Part shown: positions 56,143 through 64,000 of the stretch, piece by piece | Layout of the letters: each line of letters opens with the position of its first letter | Position numbering within the stretch: position 1 is the first letter of the stretch | DNA from: an uncultured Actinomycetota bacterium | GTDB lineage: Bacteria > Actinomycetota > Actinomycetes > JAHEKZ01 | Assembly: GCA_963829525.1 (NCBI GenBank) | Contig: CAWHIJ010000003.1 | Coordinates: 2,784,001-2,848,000, forward strand | Length of the DNA: 64,000 bases | Direction: 5' to 3' | Program-made: the position numbers and the translations under genes | Notes under the pieces: model-generated | The model's input: the letters and a program-made list of their open reading frames with translations, nothing else | Database searches by the model: none | Told to the model about the DNA's origin: nothing

Positions 56143-57939
56143 GCGGATCCCTCCAACGTCGACAGGTCGCCCTCGGGGAGCCCGAGCTCGCGAGCCTTCA
56201 GCAGCCGGCGCATGATCTTCCCGCTCCGCGTCTTGGGCAGATCGGATTGAAACTCGATCTCCCTCGGCGCAACGGCTGGTCCGAGCCTCTTGCGGGCGAA
56301 GCCGACCAGTTCGAGTCGCAACTCATCGGTCGGAGCGTGTCCGACCTTCAACGCGACGAATGCCTTCACCACCTGACCGGCGACGTCGTCTGGGATGCCG
56401 ATCACCCCCGCCTCTGCAACAGCTGGGTGCTCCATCAGCGCACTCTCGACCTCGAAGGGTCCGATCAGATGTCCTGCCGACTTGATGACATCGTCACCGC
56501 GCCCGACGAACCAGAACCAGCCATCGGCGTCGCGCCGCGCAAGGTCTCCCGAGCGGTACCAGTCCCCGGCGAAGGCCGCGCGATATCGCTCGTCATCGTT
56601 CAAGTACGACCGCATCAAGGACGGCCATGGCGCGCGCAGCGCCAACTCGCCCTCGGTATCGGGCTCGGTGACAAGGGTCGGCGCACCGGAGGCGTCAAGG
56701 CACCAGATTGCCCATGGCGTCACGGGCGAGCAGCGCTGCCTCGATCCCCGGCACCGGGCGCCCCATGGATCCGGGGCGGATGTCAGCACTGGCGTAGTTG
56801 GCGATCATGATCGCGCCGGTCTCGGTCTGCCACCACGTGTCGTGGATCGGACGCCCAAAGGTCTCATTGCCCCACATCACCACCTCCGGGTTGAGCGGCT
56901 CGCCAACGCTGCAGATGTGGCGCAATCCGGTGAGATCGTTCGATGCCGCACGATCGGACCCGGCCTTCATCAGCATGCGCAGCGCCGTGGGCGCCGTGTA
57001 CCAGACAGTGACGCGTTGCTCATCGAGGATGCGATACCACCGGTCAACATCGAACTCTTGCTCGTCGACGACGCACGTGACGCCGCAGGCGAGTGGAGCG
57101 ATGACGCCGTACGACGTGCCCGTGACCCAGCCGGGGTCGGCCGTGCACCAGTAGACGTCATCGTCGTGCAGGTCGAGCACGGCGCGTGCGGTCCAGTGGT
57201 GCGCGACAACCGCGTCGTGGACGTGAACCGCGCCCTTGGGAGTTCCCGTCGTGCCGCTGGTGAAGTGCAGGAGCGCTGGATCTTCGGGATCGGTGTGTGG
57301 CAAGGCGTGTTCCGGCACTGCTGCCTTGAGCAACGCGGCAAGGTCGTGTGCGGTTGCATCTGTAACGCGCTCCTGACCTGATCCAACAAGGAGAACGTGC
57401 TGCAGGTGGGGCAGCTGGTCACGAATCGGTGCAACCTTGCGTCGGTAGAGCGTTGGAGTGGTGACCAGCACGACACCGTCACCCAGCTGAAGCCGTTGCT
57501 TTACCGGTTCGGGGCCGAACGCTGAAAAGAGCGGGCAGAAGACCGCCCGATGCTTGAAGGTGCCGAGGATGGCGGCGTACAGCTCGGGCCGGCGGCCCAT
57601 CAACGAGAAGACCCTCTCGCCAGGCTTCACACCGAGCGATGCGAGGACCGCAGCGAACCGCGCAGAGAGATCGAACAGGTCCGAATAGGAGAGCTCGACG
57701 TCGACGACGGGCTCCTCCTCAGGACCGGTCCCCATGAACCTCAGCGCAATGTGGTCTCGCCGGGGACCCTTGCTGTGGCGGTCAACCGCCTCGTGAGCGA
57801 TGTTCAACCCGCCGCCCGGAAGCCCTTCGAGGTCGTGTCGCGCCGCGTCCCAGGTGAACGAGGCATACGCGGCCTCATAGTCATTCACCACCGGAGTGCG
57901 ATCGTCGTCCAGCCTCTTGGTGAGTGTGGGAAAGGACAT
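56139..57939 (-). CDS. acsA: Acetyl-CoA synthetase; +1 frameshift near 56700
   Basis: [46 protein letters not shown]; AAGGAGGAG SD. Confidence 0.9.
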
Positions 57940-58016
57940 GCTCCTCCTTGACCGACCTCTGGTCGGAGCGCCGACATGACTCTCCATGGTGCACAGGGGT
58001 GCCGCCACGAACGGCA

Positions 58017-58030
58017 GGGTCGGAGGTCCC
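58017..58030. promoter_or_regulatory. Putative DevR/DosR-type binding site
   Basis: GGGTCGGAGGTCCC matches GGGnC-N4-GnCCC, about 78 nt upstream of acsA. Confidence 0.5.
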
Positions 58031-58178
58031 GCGCCCTCAGATCGTGGTGGCGTGGGTGACCACGTAACTGCGGGAAGTCAAGTGCCCAGCGACGGTGCAC
58101 ATCTGGCAGCAACGGAGCAGTATGGCAAGTGAGCCGCCGATCAGAAGGCGGAGGGCACCAAGCCCGGGAGGGAGTGCC

Positions 58179-58538
58179 ATGAGCGAGAGCACCTGGTTCA
58201 TCGACCCCGAGGCTGGAGCTGTCTCGGTCGAAGATGACGACAACTATGACGAGGCGTACGGGCCCGGTGACCCACACCCGCAAGAGGGGCGGTTGGTCGA
58301 AGATGACGAGGGCGTCCGCAGCGACACGACGTCAGAGGCGGTCGCCCACGTTGCAGTCGGCGACACCGCGTGGAAGTCAGCCGAGGAGTCGGCCGTTCAT
58401 GTGATCAACGAGAACGACATGGTCGACTCCGACCTGGTCGACCTCGATGAGCTGCCGGACGAACCCCGACGACCGTTGACCCATGGGGTTATCGGGGTTA
58501 TGGCCCGAACGAGGGTTCCGCGTGGGTGGTCGGGCTAG
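58179..58538 (+). CDS. DUF5709-like acidic protein
   Basis: GRLVEDDEG...SAEESAVHV motif; GGAGGGAG SD. Confidence 0.7.
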   Translation: MSESTWFIDPEAGAVSVEDDDNYDEAYGPGDPHPQEGRLVEDDEGVRSDTTSEAVAHVAVGDTAWKSAEESAVHVINENDMVDSDLVDLDELPDEPRRPLTHGVIGVMARTRVPRGWSG

Positions 58539-58735
58539 ACCGGGCGGACGGAGTCGGCCTGCGGGCCCTTCTGACCCTGCGAGATCTCGAACTCGACGCG
58601 CTGGCCGTCCTCGAGGGCGCGAAAGCCCTCCATCTGGATCTGGCTGTAGTGCACATAGACGTCAGGGCCCTCGTCCACCGCTATGAAGCCGTAGCCCTTT
58701 TCGGCGTTGAACCACTTGACCGTGCCCTGAGCCAT
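58535..58735 (-). CDS. cspA: Cold-shock protein
   Basis: [29 protein letters not shown]. Confidence 0.95.
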   Translation of the reverse strand: MAQGTVKWFNAEKGYGFIAVDEGPDVYVHYSQIQMEGFRALEDGQRVEFEISQGQKGPQADSVRPV

Positions 58736-58994
58736 TCGTCACTCCCGGAGTTGTTCGCCGACGGCATCGTCGACCGGCACACCGTACCCCGGTGTCCGAA
58801 CCGCAGCCTACGCCCCCCTTCGGCCGATTTGGCCGCCTCCTTGACCGCTTTGCGCCGTGTCGTGGCCGGGAGTCCCCCATTCGGACGCTCCCGCCACACC
58901 AACGTGGCGGTAACGGGATCAACGTGGCCGTCGGCCGCCACCTCTGTGCGCGATGACCACGTCACCTGGCCATCGTGGGCCCTCGGAGGGGGGG

Positions 58995-59270
58995 TCAGCC
59001 GCCGGCGACGGCAGGGATGATGGAGATCGAGGTGCCGTCGGGGGTTGCCGTGGCCAGGCCCTCGGCGAACCGGACGTCATCGTCGTTGACGTAGACGTTG
59101 ACGAAGCGGCGGATCGCGCCGTCGTCATCCAGCACTCGGGCCTTCAGCCCTGGGTGCGCCAGCTCCAGAGAGTCGATCACCTCAGCGAGGGTGCCGCCAT
59201 CGGCAGATACCTCTGATGCGCCGCCGGTGTACGGACGCAGGATCGTCGGAATGCGAACGGAGACGCTCAA
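58995..59270 (-). CDS. MoaD/ThiS/CysO-family sulfur carrier protein
   Basis: Ubiquitin-like, VRIPTILR, C-terminal PAVAGG; GTGA/TTGA-type overlap with upstream gene. Confidence 0.92.
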   Translation of the reverse strand: MSVSVRIPTILRPYTGGASEVSADGGTLAEVIDSLELAHPGLKARVLDDDGAIRRFVNVYVNDDDVRFAEGLATATPDGTSISIIPAVAGG

Positions 59271-60550
59271 CGGAGGCCCTTCTCTTCAGCAAAGGCACGG
59301 AACTCTCCATACCGGGGGGCGATGGTGACGGTGGGCGACGCCACAGGCGCGACAGCGTCCAACGTCTTGAGGCCGTCGCCGGTGTTGAGGATCACCGTCT
59401 CTGCAGCTGGGTCGACCAGTCCGGCCTCCAGCAGCTTGCCGAGCGTCGCAACAGTGACGCCGCCGGCCGTCTCGGCAAAGATGCCTTCGGTGGCAGCGAG
59501 CAGCTGAATGCCGGCAACGACCTCGTCGTCAGACACGTCGGCGATGGCGCCGCCGGTTCGCCGGGCGACGTCGATCGCGTAGGGGCCGTCTGCCGGGTTG
59601 CCGATCGCGAGCGACTTGGCGATGGTGTCCGGTCGCACGGGTTGGACGACGTCGTGGCCGGCCGCCCACGCCGCACTGACCGGTGAGCAGCCGGTGGCCT
59701 GGGCGCCGAAGATGGAAGCAGGCGAATCCTCGACGAGTCCGAGACCAACCAGCTCGCGGAAAGCCTTGTCCACCTTGGTCATCAGCGATCCGGACGCAAT
59801 GGGCGAGACGACCTGGCGCGGAAGCCGCCAGCCCAGCTGCTCGGCGATCTCGTAACCAACAGTCTTGGAGCCCTCGGCGTAGTACGGGCGCAGGTTGACG
59901 TTGACGAAACCCCAGCCGAGGTCTCCGGCGACCTCCGAGCAGAGCCGGTTGACCTCGTCGTAGTTGCCGTCGACGGCAACGAGCGTTCCCCCGTAGACCG
60001 CGGTGGTGACGAGCTTGCCGGCCTCAAGGTCACTCGGCGCGAACACGCAGGAACGCAAACCGGCGCGAGCAGCCGCTGCGGCGACGGCACCGGCGAGGTT
60101 TCCGGTCGATGCGCATCCGACAGTGGTGAACCCGAGCTCTTGGGCCGCCGACAGCGCGATCGCGACGACGCGGTCTTTGAACGAGTGAGTGGGGTTGCCG
60201 CTGTCGTCCTTGACCCACAGCGTCTTCATGCCCAGAGCCGCTGCCAGGTTGTCGGCCTTGACCAGCTTGGTCATGCCCGGGCTGAGGTTCTTGCGGTCGG
60301 CGATGTCCGACGGCACGGGCAGCAGCCCGGCGTAGCGCCACATCGACTGCGGGCCGGTCTCGATGTCAGCGTGGGTGACGATGCCGAAGTCGTACCCGAT
60401 CTCGAGCGGGCCAAAGCACTCCATGCAGGCGTAAGAGTCCCCGAGCGGAAAGGTGGCGCCACAGGCGCGACAGACGAGCTCTCGCGCCGGGCCGAACGAC
60501 GCCGGCGAGGCCGGTGATGCAGGCGTAGCTGCATCCAGTGATGCGGTCAT
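59267..60550 (-). CDS. thrC: Threonine synthase-like fold-II PLP enzyme (possibly O-phosphohomoserine sulfhydrylase)
   Basis: N-terminal CxxC...CxxC, NPTHSFKDR, ASTGN, EGSKT, TGDGLK. Confidence 0.85.
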   Translation of the reverse strand: MTASLDAATPASPASPASFGPARELVCRACGATFPLGDSYACMECFGPLEIGYDFGIVTHADIETGPQSMWRYAGLLPVPSDIADRKNLSPGMTKLVKADNLAAALGMKTLWVKDDSGNPTHSFKDRVVAIALSAAQELGFTTVGCASTGNLAGAVAAAAARAGLRSCVFAPSDLEAGKLVTTAVYGGTLVAVDGNYDEVNRLCSEVAGDLGWGFVNVNLRPYYAEGSKTVGYEIAEQLGWRLPRQVVSPIASGSLMTKVDKAFRELVGLGLVEDSPASIFGAQATGCSPVSAAWAAGHDVVQPVRPDTIAKSLAIGNPADGPYAIDVARRTGGAIADVSDDEVVAGIQLLAATEGIFAETAGGVTVATLGKLLEAGLVDPAAETVILNTGDGLKTLDAVAPVASPTVTIAPRYGEFRAFAEEKGLR

Positions 60551-60562
60551 GCGGAGACTCTC

Positions 60563-60711
60563 CTCATCTCTCCTGGCGCCGGGCGGCGTCAGGTCGGATT
60601 TGGCACCTGGCCCGTACACCGCCGGTTGGGGCGTCTCGAAGAGTTCGTCTCCGCGTGTACGGGGGGTTGCCGGGGCTTCAGCGGGCCGTTCCCTCTGCCC
60701 CTCTTGATGAG
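60563..60711 (-). ncRNA. SAM-I (S-box) riboswitch
   Basis: CTCATCAAGAG...GAGGGA..GGCCC..TGAAGCC..GGCAACC...GGTGCCAAATCC...GATGAG; the P1 3' strand overlaps the GAGGAG SD. Confidence 0.93.
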
Positions 60712-60909
60712 CGGTATGAAGTTGTCCACTTGCCTGGGTACTGCTTGCCTGGTTACGGCGTGGTGGTTGGTTACTGCCGGTGCTGCCGAGTTGTGTCGAT
60801 CCGCGCGATCGGCGAGGCTCGACAAGGGTAAGAGAGTAACGGACGACGTCCTGAGCCCGGAAATTCGGTCCAGCGAGCGAGACGGACCCTGACGAGTGTT
60901 GGAGAACTG

Positions 60910-61872
60910 ATGGAGCCGGCCGTCCAGGAGTGGTTCGAGCGGCGATCCTCGCGCGCCGCCGACTGGCCTGTCGACCAGCTTCGCGCCGCGAAGGGCAGCA
61001 GCACCGTCAGCGTCGTCCTGCCCGCCCTCGACGAGGCGTCGACCGTCGGCGGCATCGTCGACACCGTCCGCCGTGACCTGATGGACGTCGCGTGGCCGCT
61101 GGTCGACGAGATCATCGTGCTCGACTCCGGCTCCACTGATGCAACGGCGGCCATCGCCAGGGCGGCCGGTGCCCGGGTCGTCCACCGCGACGACGTCCTG
61201 CCGGCTGTGCCATCGGTGTCCGGTAAGGGTGAGGCGCTCTGGCGCTCCCTGGCTTCGACGACCGGCGACATCGTCGTCTTCATCGACGCCGATCTGCTCG
61301 CCTTCCGTTCCGGCTACGTCACCGGGTTGATCGGTCCGCTGCTGGTCGATCCGTCGATCCACTTCGTCAAAGCGATGTATGACCGGCCGCTTACCGACGG
61401 GGCGGTGGTACACCCGGGTGGCGGGGGGCGCGTCACCGAGCTCGTCGCACGACCGCTGCTGAACCTGCACTGGCCCCAGCTGGCCGGCTTCGTGCAACCG
61501 CTGGCCGGTGAGTACGCGGCTCGCCGCCACCTGTTGGAGCGGCTACCTTTCGCGACAGGTTACGGCGTCGAGATTGCGCTGCTCATCGACGCGCTCAACG
61601 CCGTCGGCCTCGACGCGATGGCACAGGTGGACCTCGGCGAACGAAGGCACCGACACCACGACGACCTTCGACTCGGCCGAATGGCAGCCGAGATCTGGCA
61701 GACGGCGTTGGCCCGGCTGCACCAGGACGGGGACCTGCGAACCGTCGAGCCGACCTTGACGCAGTTCGTGCGTGATGCCTCCCGGTACGTCCCGATCACC
61801 CACGACGTCGCCGCTCTTGAGCGGCCGCCGCTCCTCACGGTGGTCGGCGACGACAGGCTGCAGGGCCGATGA
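60910..61872 (+). CDS. gpgS: Glucosyl-3-phosphoglycerate synthase
   Basis: VVLPALDE, DSGSTD, GKGEALW, DAD, GGRVTELVARP, QPLAGEYA, GYGVE. Confidence 0.92.
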   Translation: MEPAVQEWFERRSSRAADWPVDQLRAAKGSSTVSVVLPALDEASTVGGIVDTVRRDLMDVAWPLVDEIIVLDSGSTDATAAIARAAGARVVHRDDVLPAVPSVSGKGEALWRSLASTTGDIVVFIDADLLAFRSGYVTGLIGPLLVDPSIHFVKAMYDRPLTDGAVVHPGGGGRVTELVARPLLNLHWPQLAGFVQPLAGEYAARRHLLERLPFATGYGVEIALLIDALNAVGLDAMAQVDLGERRHRHHDDLRLGRMAAEIWQTALARLHQDGDLRTVEPTLTQFVRDASRYVPITHDVAALERPPLLTVVGDDRLQGR

Positions 61873-62699
61873 CCACGCGCATTCTCTACAGCGACCTCGA
61901 CGGCACGATGGTCGGTCCGGGCGGGTGCTTCGTTCGCGCCGCCGACAGATCAACAACCCTCGACCCGACGCTGGCACTCATCGAGCTGCACGACGCAGGT
62001 GTCGCGCTCTCACTCGTCTCGGGCCGCACCCGCGCTCAACTGCAGGAGGCTGCACGCATCTTCGGCGCTGATGGCTTCATCGCCGAGATGGGAGCCATCG
62101 TCGGGTGGGACCACGGGCGCCGCTCCAGCATGCTGACCGGCCAGACTCCGGAGGAGTTCTCCGGACCACTTGTCGCGCAGCTGGAGTCCCTGGGGCTGGT
62201 CGATGCCCTGCTCGCCCAGTACGACGGACGTCTGGAGCACCACGCGCCCTGGCACCTCGGGCACGAGACCGACGTGATGATGCACGGGCGGGTGGACGTC
62301 GACATGGTCAACAAGTGGCTCGTCGAGAAGGGCTATGGCTGGCTGGTGCTCGCCGACAACGGCCGGCTGAACAGCACCGTGATGGACGGGCTGGAAGGCC
62401 CGCCTCACATCTACCACCTGATGGCGCGCGGCATCAGCAAAGGAGTAGGCGTGGCTGCTGATCTCGAGCGCCGCGGGCTGTCACCAACCGATGCGGTGGC
62501 CGTCGGCGACTCACTGTCTGACCTGGAGATGGCGCCACACGTCAAGCGATTCTTCCTCGTGCGCAACGGGGCGGAGGTGGCCGACATCAAGGCTGCGGCA
62601 GATGCACTGCCGAACGTGACCATCTGCGACGGCCCCCTCGGCGCCGGGTGGGCGCAGGCCGCCCGCTACTGCGTCGACTCGATGGACAGCACGCGGTAG
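61869..62699 (+). CDS. HAD-IIB phosphatase, probable glucosyl-3-phosphoglycerate phosphatase
   Basis: DLDGT, SGR, SKG, GDS.SD motifs; ATGA overlap with gpgS. Confidence 0.8.
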   Translation: MTTRILYSDLDGTMVGPGGCFVRAADRSTTLDPTLALIELHDAGVALSLVSGRTRAQLQEAARIFGADGFIAEMGAIVGWDHGRRSSMLTGQTPEEFSGPLVAQLESLGLVDALLAQYDGRLEHHAPWHLGHETDVMMHGRVDVDMVNKWLVEKGYGWLVLADNGRLNSTVMDGLEGPPHIYHLMARGISKGVGVAADLERRGLSPTDAVAVGDSLSDLEMAPHVKRFFLVRNGAEVADIKAAADALPNVTICDGPLGAGWAQAARYCVDSMDSTR

Positions 62700-63694
62700 C
62701 GCCGGGCGGTGTCACTGACATCGGATACCCAGAGGGTTTCGCCGTCCAACATGACGCCCACGAACTCGAAGGGGCTGTTGGTGGTCAGCACCTCCCCGAC
62801 GGTTTGCGTGTCGAGATCGAGCCGGGTCAACGGAGCCCCGCCTGAGGTTCCAACCCACGCCCGATCACCGGCCGTCGTGAGGTCGCCGAAGTAGTCCGGC
62901 CTCACGTCGTAGGTGGCGCGCACGTCGAGGGTGTCGGGGTCGACCTCGGCGACGCCTTGGTCGCCTCCGATCAGCAGATGTTGATCGAGGGCGACGTAGC
63001 GACCGCCCGGCCACGGCACTGCTCCGGTCACGTCGCGCGAGACCGGGTCGACCCGCACCAGACCGACATCGTGACAGGCCACCCACACGGCGTTCAGTCC
63101 AGCAGCGACGTTGTCGCACGACGCCGCCGGCAGCTCGATCGGCGCTGCGGTCTCGTCGCCGGATTTGGCGTCCAGAGAGTGGAGCGTGGTCCGATCTTCG
63201 CCGATCAACCACAGCTGATCGCCGATGACGGGGATGCGGAGCTGGTCAGGGTGACCGTCGAACGAGGCGGTGCGCGTACCGCCCTGCGGTGTCACCCGCA
63301 CGTAGGTTCCCGGCCGCCGGCACGCCCAGAGCGCCGTGTCGGTCGAGCCGATCGCCTCACATCCGGACGCCGCCGGCACGTCGGTGGCGTAGGTCTGCTC
63401 CACCTTGCCGGTGGATGGGTCAAGCCTGACCAGGTCCCCGGGCCCAGACCTGAACCAAACCGACCCGAACGCAACCTCAGGCACCCCGGGCTTGTCCGCC
63501 TTGGTCGCGGTAAGGACCCGGCTGGCCAGTGGCCTGGTCGGAGTGTTGGCCGCGCTGACAGGCGTACCGGTCTCGATCGGCGTGGATTGTCCCCCCGGCG
63601 CACTCACGGAGCCATCCGGCGTCGTGGCTCCCCCGCTACACCCAGCTGCCAGCAACGCGACACACACCGTTGCAGCCAGCGAGTGGGCCTTCAC
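62666..63694 (-). CDS. Beta-propeller lipoprotein
   Basis: Lipobox AAGC; repeated (V/L)W...LVR(L/V)DP blades. Confidence 0.75.
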   Translation of the reverse strand: MKAHSLAATVCVALLAAGCSGGATTPDGSVSAPGGQSTPIETGTPVSAANTPTRPLASRVLTATKADKPGVPEVAFGSVWFRSGPGDLVRLDPSTGKVEQTYATDVPAASGCEAIGSTDTALWACRRPGTYVRVTPQGGTRTASFDGHPDQLRIPVIGDQLWLIGEDRTTLHSLDAKSGDETAAPIELPAASCDNVAAGLNAVWVACHDVGLVRVDPVSRDVTGAVPWPGGRYVALDQHLLIGGDQGVAEVDPDTLDVRATYDVRPDYFGDLTTAGDRAWVGTSGGAPLTRLDLDTQTVGEVLTTNSPFEFVGVMLDGETLWVSDVSDTARRYRVLSIESTQ

Positions 63695-63891
63695 CGAAAA
63701 GCACCTGCACGCGGGTGGCTCCGTTCGGCCAGCACATGCAGGTCCGCAGGATCGGAGTCGGAAGTGTCGAAGTCCGACAGCCGTGCTCGCTTCATCTGGC
63801 GAGGCTAGCCGCTTGCTGGGCGCAAGACCGTGGGCGGTGAGGTCTCCGCTCGAATGTCATGATTGAGGCGCTGACTGCTGAACGGAGCGCG

Positions 63892-64000
63892 ATGATCCAC
63901 CACCTGTCGATCCCCGTCCGCAACCCGCGCCACACCGCCGACGTGTTCTGCGAGCTCTTGGGCGACGGCGTGGTGACGCCGTTCGGCCCGTACCCCGACT
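63892..64000 (+). CDS. Partial ORF, VOC-like N-terminus (MIHHLSIPVRNP...)
   Basis: GGAG SD plus ATG; open to the window end. Confidence 0.55.
   Translation, partial: MIHHLSIPVRNPRHTADVFCELLGDGVVTPFGPYPD

Noticed and set aside
58037-58243. 68-aa minus-strand ORF upstream of acsA
   Set aside because: No recognisable motif, and it overlaps the better-supported DUF5709-like gene.

Overview
High-GC actinobacterial chromosome segment, probably from an error-prone long-read assembly: about 9-10 apparent single-base frameshifts, many in short homopolymers. The backbone resembles the conserved actinomycete gene order: citrate synthase 2, serC, MFS/MarR, DUF2530, sacsin-like ATPase, DUF3027, cold-shock protein, XPB partner, XPB ... 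groEL2, cspA, MoaD-like sulfur carrier, thrC-like enzyme behind a SAM-I riboswitch, gpgS. Inserted blocks are (i) an approx. 18 kb amine/polyamine uptake and catabolism region with two copies of a likely TetR operator; (ii) a repeat-rich cassette in which an AbiEi/DUF559 nuclease gene and a DinB2-like polymerase lacking the aromatic steric gate are punctuated by three copies of a 40-bp hairpin (GGGTGCAnnAAGTG-N12-CACTTnnTGCACCC), preceded by two minisatellites; (iii) a membrane-tethered degenerate ECF-sigma fusion plus a truncated paralog; (iv) an acsA-pdhA-pdhB-pdhC-ACP operon with no E3 and a DevR/DosR-like box. I found no rRNA, tRNA, CRISPR array or transposase. All family assignments come from motif recognition by eye, not database searches.
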